DNA of 64,000 nt from Acidimicrobiales bacterium. GTDB lineage: Bacteria; Actinomycetota; Acidimicrobiia; Acidimicrobiales; Bog-793. The notes under the pieces are model-generated. The model saw nothing but the letters and a program-made list of their open reading frames with translations, ran no database searches and was not told where the DNA came from. Position numbers and translations under genes: made by a program. The stretch is taken from NCBI GenBank assembly GCA_049510975.1, contig JBEKYM010000016.1:561-64560 (forward strand), written 5' to 3'. Each line of letters begins with the position of its first letter. Position 1 is the stretch's first letter. Positions 55,483 to 64,000 of the stretch are shown one piece after another.

Positions 55483-58400
55483 CTAGGTGTAGCGAAACTC
55501 CGCCCTTGGTCTCCACGGGCTCGACCCGGCCGGAGTGGTGACCACCACGGGCACGGACCCTGTAGCGGTTCCAGGCGGCAAGATCACTGTGATCGTCCCG
55601 CTCGGGTTGACCACGACCGTTGTCGCAGTCAACCCGCCGAAGGTGACGCTCGTGACGTCGGAAAGGTTGAGCCCCCTGAGGGTGACGGACGTCCCGCCGG
55701 CCACGGTCCCATGGCGGGGCGAGATCGCCGTGACGATGGGCAGCGAGCCGTTCGTCTCCTGCACCGAGCCGACGGCGCAGCCGTAGGGGGAGTCGCCTGA
55801 CCGGTCGCCGCGCTGGTCGGTCGTGGGACACAGGTGGTAGCGGATGCCGCCGACCGTCACGGTCGTCCCGGGGGGGATCTGATCGAGTGCAGCGCTGTTC
55901 GATACCGGCTTGTCCGTCGCCGTCGGCCCACCATTGCTTGCGAGTCCGCCGAGACCCGGATCCACGCCGACGAGGTCGTGGTCCGTCGAGCTGAGGCTGC
56001 ACGTGTTGCCGCCGTCGCTCTCGAGGTTGAAGCCGCCGTCGGCGATCGGGCCGAAGCAGTCGTCACCGTTCGAGCTCGAGATGATGCTTCCCGCCATCGA
56101 GATGGAACCGCCGAACGGAGCGACGATCCCACCACCGTCGGGGAACGGGTAGCTGGGAGGCGAGCTCGTGCCGTCGAGGGTCGTGCCGACGATGTCGACG
56201 GCTCCGTTCAGCGAGGCGACCTCGCTCCCCAGCAACTGCGCCGAATCACCGTACAGCGTCGACGAAAGGATCGAGCCTGTCGGCGCCACGGTCAGGATCC
56301 CGCCCCCGAACGCGCTCGCAGAGTTGTCGGCGATGGTCGACTTCACGATGCTGAAACTGGATCCTGCAACGAGGAGCCCGCCGCCGGCACCCGCCGAATT
56401 GTTCGTGACGCTCGACTGGTTTGCCTCCAGTACCCCGGCCACGTCGAGGTACACCCCGCCTCCCTCGTTCGCGGAGTTTGCCGTGATCGTCACGCCGACA
56501 AGCGACACCTTGCCGTCCACGTAAAGTCCGCCGCCGTTGTAGCCGTTGCCATGCTGGATCGTGATCCCCTTGATGGTCACCGAGAGATCGGTGATGGACC
56601 CGCCTGACGGCACCGAGAGGACCGTTCCGGAGCCGCCCCCGTCGAGGATCGGCCCGCTCACGCCCGTGCCGGGCAGGAGCGTGACCGACGACGACACCGT
56701 GAAGTTGCCGGTGTAGCTCGCCGTGCTGCCCGGCGTCTCGAGCACGACCGAGCCACCGCTCGGAGCGAGGGCGAGCGCCTGTGTGAGGGTGCACTCGCTC
56801 GCGGCCACCGAGGCGATCGGACACCTGCTCGGCGAAGTGGCGCCACCGTTGGCGTAGGCGTACTCGTTGTGCTTGGCCATCGTGATCGTGAAGGTGCCGA
56901 CGTTGGAGGTCTGCGGCGTCGAGGTCGGGTTGGTCACCGGGTCATAGGCGCCAGTGTTCTCCACCTCGAACGTGAACACGTCTGTCGACGGTCCGCCGGC
57001 GTGCGAACAGAACCTGACGGTTCCGTCGCCGTTGTTCGTCAGCGTGTCGGGCGACGTCACGCCGCTCACGATCTGAAGCGTGGACGCCACAATCGAGTCG
57101 TCCACGTCCGTCGCCCCGTGCAGCGGGTTCAAGGTCGCGCACGTGTCCGGCGAGATGCCGACGCTCTGGTTGACGACCACAGGCGGCGAAGGCGGGGGCT
57201 CGACGTCCTGCAGATCGGCACCGGACGCGCTGGTCGTGTTGTAGACGAATCCGAAGCCGGGGTTGACACAGAAGATCCCGCAGGTCGGGTTCGGACCGAC
57301 GTACTCGGCTGTGATGTCGTGCCCGTTCGGAAACGACGTGCCGCTTCCGGTCTGGTCGAGGACGTCAGTCGTGTCCGTCGTAAGTGTCGCCTCACCCTCG
57401 GAATTGAGCGGCTCGAACCCGCCGATGGAGGTCCCGTCGGCAAGGAACTGCACGTAGCCAGTGGGAGTGCCGAGTGCGGGCGGAGTTGCCGTGACATCGG
57501 CGGCAAGAGTGACCGGATCGCCGTAGAGACTGGGGTTCGGCGACGACGTGACGGTCACGCTCGTCTCGGCTGGGTTCACGGTCTGGTTCAGCTGGCCGGA
57601 CGGATCTGACACCCCGACTACGCCGGTCGGGTCGTAGCCACTTGCCGAGTAGTTGCTGTCACCGAAGTACACGGCGTCGATTTGTTGTTGCTCGTCCGGG
57701 CTGAGCGTCGGCAAGGCGATCGATGCGGTGCCGACGGGCGAGAGGAGCTCCTGGTCGAGCGGGTTCGGATCCGTCTGATCCTGTACCGGTACGGGCTGTC
57801 CCAACGCCGAGCCGTTCAGGTAGAACTGGACGTAACCAGTGGCCGGCGGGAAGTCACCCTGGTTGAAGAGGTTGTTCTCAGGGTTGTCTGGTGACACCGT
57901 GGCCGTCACCGAGACCGGTTGGCCGTAGACGGACGGGTCAGCCGATGACTGCAGCGTCGTCGTCGTCTGGTCCCCGATGTCCACCGGAAACGTCGTGGTC
58001 GAGGAGTAACCGCTGGTATCAGTGGCTGTGACGGAGACCAGCTGCTGTCCGGACAGCGTGAACGTGAAGGTCGGGTTCGGACCGGTCTCGATGGTGGTGC
58101 AGTTCGGCCCGTTGACGCCCCCGCCACAGGTGATCGTGCCGTCGTACCACTGCGTCGGAAAGGTCCAGGTGTAGCTGAGCGGCAAGTTGCTCGGATCGCT
58201 GCCATTGCCGTGGAACTGAACCGGGGTACCGACATACGTCGGGGTGTTGTACCAAGGCTGAACCGTGGGGCTCAGTGCGCTCGAAGGCTCGATCGTGGCC
58301 GATTCGTCGAGCGGTGCACCGGTCCAGCCGTTCGGCGCCTGGTACTGGAGGGTCGAGGTGAAACACGGGTTGGTGCCGCTCGGCGGTGTGCAGGCGGACT

Positions 58401-60123
58401 GTTCGGCGCTGCTCTCCGGCGAGATGGCGAACTCGGGCACGTCGCTTCCAGGCGTCGTGACGAGCTCTGCCTGCCATGGGTCCCCGTTCCAATCGAGATA
58501 GTCGACGCTGAAGCTCTGGAGGGCAGCCTGACCCTCACCAGCGCCCGGTGACGTGGCATTCGCAGGGTTCGACGAGTCGTAGTGCTGGATGGCGAACCAG
58601 GCGTCGTTCGAGATCTGCACCGTGTCGAAGACGCCAGCTGGCGCAACCACGTAGAGCGACTGGGCAGCCTGAGGTACGCCGCCCGCTGCCGAGAGTTCGA
58701 AGCCGGGGTCGCTCGCCGTCGGAGTCAGAGGCGCCGGGGCGTCCGTGCAGGTCGGATCTCCGTTGGTCGGAGTCCCACTGCTCGTCGGTCCGTAGCAGGG
58801 CGCCGGAGCATCGTCGTTCGTGGCGAAGGTGAACTCCGACAAACCAGTCGCATAGTTGGCCGCGCTCCCGACCAACGACGTGACGCCCGGCGCGCTGCTG
58901 CGGTCGTTGGCCAGGTTGGACTCGAGTTGGCCCGGAATCGCGGCATCTGTCGCGATCGTGTAAATCTCGGTGGCGATCGTGGCGATGGCGAAGACGACGA
59001 TGCCGATGACGAAGGCGATGGCTCCAGCCACCTCCGCTGTCGCCGAAGCGTCGGCGATCGCCTGAGCTGTGTCCTCGACCGCGTCGGACGCCGCCTCGCC
59101 GGCATCGGACGCGAGCTCGCTCGGACCATCGTCGGGCGCATCCTCGGCGACGTCTTCCTGAGGGGTCTGCGAGGGCGCTCGCGGTCCTCGAGTGAACTGG
59201 TAGAACTTCTGGTTAGCCGCCGGTAAGAGGGCCTGTTGCAAGGCCGTCCCCGCCAGCCCGGTGGCTCCGGTCGCAGCCACGATCGGCGTGACTGCGACCC
59301 CAGCGGCGGGAAGCACGAGCGCAGCGGTGGCAGCGGCCGCAGCCGTCATGGTGTTGTTCCATCCTGGGGTGCTCTCGGCGGTCGATTGCGCTTCGTACTC
59401 GCCCCAAGCGACGAAGTCCTGTTCGGGCGGGTACACCGCGTCGCAGCCGCCGATCGCCTCGAGCTCTTCCGGGCACGATCCGTAGCAGATCGGGTTCTGG
59501 TTGCCGGTGTAGGTGAAGTTCGAGCTCGGCTCTCCGGGCGGTTGGAAGTTGCAGAAACCCGTGCCGTTCGGCCCGACGGGCGCCGGTGTCGCTGTCAGGT
59601 CGGAAGTGGTCGTTGCCGCCCAGTTGGCGTACTCCTGGATCGCGTCCTGATCGGCCGTGACCTGTTGTTGCTGGTTGAACCAGATGAACCAGTTGTAGAT
59701 GTTGCACTGGTCACTGGCTGTCGTACCGGGGGACTCGATGACGCCGGAAGGACACGTGAGCTCCCCGTTCTGGACATCGGAGATGATCTCGGCCAGATCC
59801 GCCCATTCCTGCGCGACGAGGTCCGACCGGGCCCAGCTGAGGATCATGTTCGAGGTGCACGTCGGACCTCCCGTGAGGCCGTGGTCCTCACACACCTCGT
59901 TCGTGGCGTTGCTCTCGAAGTCCTGGGCGGAGGTGTAGGCGTCGTTCGCTTCGTCCGCCGAGCTCGTGGCTTGCGCCACGGTCGAGTAAACGAGGCTGAA
60001 GTTGAGCACCGACTCGGGTGGCACGGGGTATGGGGGCGTCGGGGACTGGGCGCCAGCCCGCCCGCCGAGCAGGACGAGACAGGCGCACACCAGTAGGACG
60101 ACCGCACTAACCCGCTTCCGCAT
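55483..60123 (-). CDS. Giant (1,546 aa) secreted/membrane-tethered multidomain surface protein: unknown Cys-rich N-domain, TM hairpin, PKD-like, Ig-like x2, parallel beta-helix, choice-of-anchor-Q-like, IPT/TIG
   Basis: ATG 60123 (MRKRVSAVVLLVCACLVLLGGRAGA signal peptide). PKD-like LSYTWTF...TFTFT...VSVTATD. Ig-like modules with GYVQF. GGG(L/V)Y beta-helix repeats. NGGPT...DQRGDRSGDSPYGCAVGSVQ. Terminal IVTAISPRHGTVAGGTSVTLRGLNL. Confidence 0.85.
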   Translation of the reverse strand: MRKRVSAVVLLVCACLVLLGGRAGAQSPTPPYPVPPESVLNFSLVYSTVAQATSSADEANDAYTSAQDFESNATNEVCEDHGLTGGPTCTSNMILSWARSDLVAQEWADLAEIISDVQNGELTCPSGVIESPGTTASDQCNIYNWFIWFNQQQQVTADQDAIQEYANWAATTTSDLTATPAPVGPNGTGFCNFQPPGEPSSNFTYTGNQNPICYGSCPEELEAIGGCDAVYPPEQDFVAWGEYEAQSTAESTPGWNNTMTAAAAATAALVLPAAGVAVTPIVAATGATGLAGTALQQALLPAANQKFYQFTRGPRAPSQTPQEDVAEDAPDDGPSELASDAGEAASDAVEDTAQAIADASATAEVAGAIAFVIGIVVFAIATIATEIYTIATDAAIPGQLESNLANDRSSAPGVTSLVGSAANYATGLSEFTFATNDDAPAPCYGPTSSGTPTNGDPTCTDAPAPLTPTASDPGFELSAAGGVPQAAQSLYVVAPAGVFDTVQISNDAWFAIQHYDSSNPANATSPGAGEGQAALQSFSVDYLDWNGDPWQAELVTTPGSDVPEFAISPESSAEQSACTPPSGTNPCFTSTLQYQAPNGWTGAPLDESATIEPSSALSPTVQPWYNTPTYVGTPVQFHGNGSDPSNLPLSYTWTFPTQWYDGTITCGGGVNGPNCTTIETGPNPTFTFTLSGQQLVSVTATDTSGYSSTTTFPVDIGDQTTTTLQSSADPSVYGQPVSVTATVSPDNPENNLFNQGDFPPATGYVQFYLNGSALGQPVPVQDQTDPNPLDQELLSPVGTASIALPTLSPDEQQQIDAVYFGDSNYSASGYDPTGVVGVSDPSGQLNQTVNPAETSVTVTSSPNPSLYGDPVTLAADVTATPPALGTPTGYVQFLADGTSIGGFEPLNSEGEATLTTDTTDVLDQTGSGTSFPNGHDITAEYVGPNPTCGIFCVNPGFGFVYNTTSASGADLQDVEPPPSPPVVVNQSVGISPDTCATLNPLHGATDVDDSIVASTLQIVSGVTSPDTLTNNGDGTVRFCSHAGGPSTDVFTFEVENTGAYDPVTNPTSTPQTSNVGTFTITMAKHNEYAYANGGATSPSRCPIASVAASECTLTQALALAPSGGSVVLETPGSTASYTGNFTVSSSVTLLPGTGVSGPILDGGGSGTVLSVPSGGSITDLSVTIKGITIQHGNGYNGGGLYVDGKVSLVGVTITANSANEGGGVYLDVAGVLEANQSSVTNNSAGAGGGLLVAGSSFSIVKSTIADNSASAFGGGILTVAPTGSILSSTLYGDSAQLLGSEVASLNGAVDIVGTTLDGTSSPPSYPFPDGGGIVAPFGGSISMAGSIISSSNGDDCFGPIADGGFNLESDGGNTCSLSSTDHDLVGVDPGLGGLASNGGPTATDKPVSNSAALDQIPPGTTVTVGGIRYHLCPTTDQRGDRSGDSPYGCAVGSVQETNGSLPIVTAISPRHGTVAGGTSVTLRGLNLSDVTSVTFGGLTATTVVVNPSGTITVILPPGTATGSVPVVVTTPAGSSPWRPRAEFRYT

Positions 60124-60180
60124 TGTGAGAACCCCCAAGCAGCTCGACCCTATGTAGCCACTCGGTCCGGCGCGTGCGCA

Positions 60181-60198
60181 ATAGGGCAGTTGCCCTAT
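60181..60198. promoter_or_regulatory. Perfect 8-2-8 palindrome ATAGGGCA-GT-TGCCCTAT in the 84-bp divergent region between the giant gene and the LAL regulator; a third CCCTATG half-site is at 60148-60154
   Basis: Read directly. The size and geometry fit a LuxR-type HTH dimer box. Confidence 0.4.
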
Positions 60199-60207
60199 GC
60201 CATGTGA

Positions 60208-62679
60208 TTGAATCGGGCAGTGGCGGGGAGTACCGGGCACGTCGCTACCAGCTACCCCGTCGTCGCGGGGCCGATGTTCGGTCGGGTCGAGGAGCTGGAA
60301 CGGGTCGTCGAACGTGTCCGCGAGCCCACCGTTCGTCTCGTCACGGTGAGTGGGCGCGGCGGAATTGGAAAGACCCGCCTCGCACTGGAAGCCGCCCGGC
60401 AGCTGGACCCGGATCGAACTGGCCAGGTCATCTCGGTCGAAGTCGCCGGCCTCAGCCACGGGTCACAACTCCTCCCCAAGGTAGCGTCGGTGGTCGGCGT
60501 CACCGTGCTTTCGGGCGCCACGGTCCTGGAGTCCCTCGCAGGCCAGTTCCAGCACACGGCGGTCCTACTCCTCGACAACATGGAGCAGCTGCTCGACGGC
60601 GCCGCTGAAGTGGAGGCGCTCCTCACGCGCTGCGGCGGCCTCACCGTCCTCGCGACAAGCCAGGCACCGCTGGGTATACCCGGCGAGCACGTCGTGCATC
60701 TCGGGCCGCTCGAGGTGAGATCGCCCGCGGGCGCGAGATTCGAGGAGGTGGCGACGTCGCCTGCCGTGGCGTTTTACGTCGACAGGGCGGCGGCTGCGGA
60801 CGACCGTTTCCTCCTCGATGCGAGCAACATCGGCGCTGTCGCCGACCTTTGTACGGAGCTCGAAGGACTGCCGCTCGCCATCGAGCTCGCCGCCGCCCGC
60901 TCGGTGCTGCTCCCGCCCGCAGAGCTGCTCAGTCGCCTCACCTCCGACCGCCTGCATTTGCTGCACCGCCCAGGGTGGCGCAGCACCGGCACCGACGGGC
61001 GACAGCACGGCCTCGAGGCCTCGATTGAATGGACTTGGCGACTGCTCGCGCGCGGCGACCAGGACCTGCTCGGTCGCCTCTGTGTGCTCGTCGGCCATTT
61101 CTCCACCAGGGACGCCGAGGAGCTCTCAGGCGCCGGCGCCCTCGACGAGCTGGACCGGCTCCTTGCCCTACACCTCGTCGAGCGCATTGCTGGGACCGAC
61201 CCGGCCCGGTTCCGCCTCGCGGCCTCGATCCGTCAGTTCGCCCAGCGCCGTCTGGAGGAGTCCGGGGCCACGCTCGCTGCCCAACAGGGGCGGATGGACT
61301 GGTTGACTGCACGCGCGCGGATGGCCGCGACGGGCCTCGACTCCGACGACGAACCGGAGGAGCGCTGGCAGGCGGAGATCGCCGACCGTCAAGAAGAGAT
61401 GATCGACGCCCTGTCGCTCTGCCTAGAGAACGGCGAAGCGGAGGCCGCGGTGGACCTCCTCGCGGCGCTCGGACCGCACTGGTTCCACACAGGCTGCACT
61501 CCATCGCTGCTCGCGGTCTTCGACGCCGGTCTGGCGCTCGCCGCGGAGGCCGGATCCCGATCGGCGTCGTATGCCGAAGCGCTGCTTTGGCGAGCGCGCC
61601 TTGCTCGGCCCCTTCTCGACCGGTCCGTCTCCGAGTTGGTCGATCTCGGTGAGGAGATCGCTCGGGATCTGGACGATTCCCGTCTCGTCCTCCGGGCGCT
61701 CTACGTCAGGATGCACGTTGCCTTTGCCGGCGGCAACGTCGCCGCCGCGGTCGCGGTCGCAGAGCAGGGCCTGGCGTTGGCGGGCGAACAGCGCTCGCGG
61801 CGGTGGCTCGCACGCTACGAAGCCTGGTGCGGGATGGTGGCGCATCAGAGTGGCGACGTCGCTCGGGCCCTGTCGCTTGCTCGTTCCGCACTCCGTCACG
61901 CCAGGGGGCACGACGCCAGGACGACGGTGATGTCGGTGATGCTCCTCTGGCCGCTGGCAAAGGAGTCACCGCAGCTCGTCGACGACCTGCCCTCGCTCGA
62001 GGAGACCATGGTGCTGGCTCGGGAGACCGGCCAGTTCTTGACGTACCTGACACTGCTGTTCTGGCTCACGGTCGAGGCCGCAGAGAAGGGCGAGCTCGAG
62101 CAGGCTCTGGGTTGGTGCGCGGAGGGGCTCGAGATCGCGACGGAGGCGCCGGGCTCTGCGGTCGCACCGTACGGACTCATGGCTGCAGTCGAGTTGGCCG
62201 TCGCCGCCAACGAGCTCGAGGTTGCTGCAGTGCTCCACGGAGCGGGTGCGACCGTCCTCCGGCGGATCCGGCGGACGATTCCTTCCCAGCGCCTGCTCGC
62301 GCACGACAGGATCGTGAGCCGATTGCAGCGACAGCTCGGCCTTGTGGCGTTCGCTTCTGCTCGTAGCCGGGGCGAGGCCCTCGGTGTCGGCACTGGACTC
62401 CGAACGGCGCTCGACTGGGTGCGACGTACGAGTGCCCGCCTGTCCGAGCCGACTTCGCACGACGAGAGCGCGGTCGGCGCCCTGAATGGATTGACCGGGC
62501 GACAGCGGGAGATCCTGACGCTCCTGGCGCATGGTCTGTCGAACAAAGAGATCGCCGCGCAGCTCGGCATCAGCCCGAAGACGGTCATGCACCACACGGG
62601 CTCCTTGTACCACCGACTCGGCGTGCACAACCGGGCGGAAGCCGCTGCATTGGCGGGTCGGGCCAGCTCGGCCGGCTGA
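60208..62679 (+). CDS. LuxR-family regulator with N-terminal STAND/AAA ATPase and TPR-like middle (LAL/MalT-like class)
   Basis: P-loop VSGRGGIGKTRLA, Walker B LLLDNMEQL, GLPLAIELAA (NB-ARC-like), C-terminal LuxR HTH LTGRQREILTLLAHGLSNKEIAAQLGISPKTVMHHTGSLYHRLGV. The true start may be ATG 60274 (MFGRVEELERV). Confidence 0.85.
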   Translation: MNRAVAGSTGHVATSYPVVAGPMFGRVEELERVVERVREPTVRLVTVSGRGGIGKTRLALEAARQLDPDRTGQVISVEVAGLSHGSQLLPKVASVVGVTVLSGATVLESLAGQFQHTAVLLLDNMEQLLDGAAEVEALLTRCGGLTVLATSQAPLGIPGEHVVHLGPLEVRSPAGARFEEVATSPAVAFYVDRAAAADDRFLLDASNIGAVADLCTELEGLPLAIELAAARSVLLPPAELLSRLTSDRLHLLHRPGWRSTGTDGRQHGLEASIEWTWRLLARGDQDLLGRLCVLVGHFSTRDAEELSGAGALDELDRLLALHLVERIAGTDPARFRLAASIRQFAQRRLEESGATLAAQQGRMDWLTARARMAATGLDSDDEPEERWQAEIADRQEEMIDALSLCLENGEAEAAVDLLAALGPHWFHTGCTPSLLAVFDAGLALAAEAGSRSASYAEALLWRARLARPLLDRSVSELVDLGEEIARDLDDSRLVLRALYVRMHVAFAGGNVAAAVAVAEQGLALAGEQRSRRWLARYEAWCGMVAHQSGDVARALSLARSALRHARGHDARTTVMSVMLLWPLAKESPQLVDDLPSLEETMVLARETGQFLTYLTLLFWLTVEAAEKGELEQALGWCAEGLEIATEAPGSAVAPYGLMAAVELAVAANELEVAAVLHGAGATVLRRIRRTIPSQRLLAHDRIVSRLQRQLGLVAFASARSRGEALGVGTGLRTALDWVRRTSARLSEPTSHDESAVGALNGLTGRQREILTLLAHGLSNKEIAAQLGISPKTVMHHTGSLYHRLGVHNRAEAAALAGRASSAG

Positions 62680-62830
62680 GTCACCGAAGGCTCTGGGGGG
62701 CGGTCATCGGAGCCCGCCCGCGCCGACGTAAAACGAAGGCTCGCCGCATGGAAGGGCTGCCTCGAATACCGTGGCTGCAGGCGGCTGGGGCAGCGACCCC
62801 AGGGTGGTTGCGAGAAGGGGAGGGCGCACA

Positions 62831-64000
62831 ATGGCAGACAACGAAGCCGCCACTGCGACGCTGAGTGCAGCAGACATGGCGCTGGTCGCCCAGCTCGGGG
62901 TTCGGCGCCAGGTCGCGGAGGGGGAGTACCTCTACCAGGAAGGCGACGTCAGCTACGACTTCTTCGTCCTGGTGAGCGCTGAGGTCGACGTGGTCGTCGG
63001 GATCGACGGTGCCGAGAGCGTGATCGCTCATCACGGACCTAGCCGGTTTCTCGGCGAGCTCAACATGCTGAGCGGCCTGCGGGTGTTCGTCTCGGCCAAG
63101 GTCGTCACCGCAGGCGAGGTGGTCGCCGTCGCCAGAGACCGCCTCCGCCAGCTCATGGCGACGAACCCTCGGCTGGGCGACACCATCCTGGCGGCCTTCG
63201 TCGCCCGGCGAGGCTTGCTCATGACGGGCGCAGCGCCTGCGATCCGTGTCATCGGGTCACAGTTCTCGCCCGAATCTCTCGGCATCAGGGAGTTCCTCGT
63301 CCGGACCCGCGTCCCGCATGAGTGGCTGGATTCCGATCTCGACCCTCATGTGGAAGCACTGCTGAGGCATTTCGGCATCGCCGCGACGGAGCTGCCTGTC
63401 GTCATCGCCACCGGCACCGTGCTTCGCCGGCCCACCCCGGGCGAGGTGGCGGGCTATCTCGGGCTCACCGTCGAGAGCCTGCCCGAGCGCTGTTTCGACC
63501 TGGTCGTCGTCGGGGGCGGCCCAGCCGGTCTGGCGGCGGCCGTCTATGGCGCCTCGGAAGGGCTGCGCACGCTCGGTGTGGACATGACGGCCCCCGGCGG
63601 GCAGGCGGGGATGAGCTCACGGATCGAGAACTACCTGGGCTTTCCCATGGGCGTCTCTGGCTCGGAGCTCACGCAGCGGGCGATCATCCAGGCCGAGAAG
63701 TTCGGCGCCAGTCTCACGGCCCCGTGCACCGTCGTCTCGCTCGGCAGCCACGCCGGACACCTGGTGGCGCGGTTGAGCGACGGAAGCGAGGTTGCGGGAC
63801 GGGCGGTCATCGCGGCAACCGGCGCCTCGTACCGCCGGCTTGATGCCTCACGACTCAGTGACTTTGAGGGCAGGGGTGTGTACTACGCCGCCACCGAGAT
63901 GGAAGCACGCATGTGCGGCCCGTCGCCCGTCGTGGTCGTCGGGGGTGGCAACTCGGCGGGTCAAGCGGCCATCTTCTTGAGCCAAGGCGGCTGTGCCGTC
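62831..64000 (+). CDS. Cyclic-nucleotide-binding domain fused to thioredoxin-reductase-like FAD/NAD(P) oxidoreductase (3' end beyond window)
   Basis: Own translation from ATG 62831 (frame open to the window end, absent from the track): ...YLYQEGDVSYDFFVLVSAEVDVV...RFLGELNML (cNMP fold); FDLVVVGGGPAGLAAAVYGASEGL (FAD); VVVVGGGNSAGQAAIFL (NAD(P)). Confidence 0.85.
   Translation, partial: MADNEAATATLSAADMALVAQLGVRRQVAEGEYLYQEGDVSYDFFVLVSAEVDVVVGIDGAESVIAHHGPSRFLGELNMLSGLRVFVSAKVVTAGEVVAVARDRLRQLMATNPRLGDTILAAFVARRGLLMTGAAPAIRVIGSQFSPESLGIREFLVRTRVPHEWLDSDLDPHVEALLRHFGIAATELPVVIATGTVLRRPTPGEVAGYLGLTVESLPERCFDLVVVGGGPAGLAAAVYGASEGLRTLGVDMTAPGGQAGMSSRIENYLGFPMGVSGSELTQRAIIQAEKFGASLTAPCTVVSLGSHAGHLVARLSDGSEVAGRAVIAATGASYRRLDASRLSDFEGRGVYYAATEMEARMCGPSPVVVVGGGNSAGQAAIFLSQGGCAV

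Overview
High-GC actinobacterial-type chromosomal segment, indicated by two WhiB-family regulators, HelD, a UPF0182 membrane protein, a Lon-like PDZ protease and a DUF2342 protein. From memory, these last genes sit in an order resembling the M. tuberculosis Rv3193c-Rv3195 neighbourhood. The window is densely coding, and I support about 50 CDS. These are: the sdhCAB-type succinate dehydrogenase (sdhB truncated at the window start), a sulfotransferase, a ChlI-like AAA+ ATPase and a VWA protein split around a PLP dehydratase, and glutamate formimidoyltransferase. Next come MoaE translationally coupled to an orphan MreB-like actin, a HEAT-repeat protein, a DivIVA-domain protein with a MuF-like C-terminus and perfect in-frame tandem repeats, a class II aldolase, a PRC-barrel protein and an acyl-ACP thioesterase. 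There are two ABC exporter operons, each ending in a TetR gene, two MFS transporters, and MarR and TetR regulators. Three c-di-GMP genes are present: a PAS-GGDEF-EAL protein, a hybrid histidine kinase and a REC-GGDEF regulator. The rest are a cell-wall-sorted DUF3494 protein, an ECF41-like sigma factor with its AhpD/CMD partner, a CoA transferase, a 1,546-aa multidomain surface protein divergent from a STAND/LuxR (LAL) regulator, and a cNMP-binding/thioredoxin-reductase fusion running off the window end. I found no rRNA, tRNA, CRISPR array, transposase, integrase or prophage genes. Many long ORFs in the track are antisense or out-of-frame artefacts of the high GC content. The observations most worth follow-up are: (1) the giant surface protein with an unrecognised Cys-rich N-terminal module and a mid-chain membrane hairpin, together with its LAL regulator and a perfect 8-2-8 palindrome between them; (2) a 153-bp stretch with strict 9-bp periodicity, open in two antisense frames (Ser-x-x x20 versus x-[D/E]-x x17), next to the PRC-barrel and HelD genes; (3) the DivIVA-MuF fusion; (4) a 24-bp-arm inverted repeat upstream of an ABC operon. 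None can be called a new system from sequence reading alone, and each has a concrete test listed.
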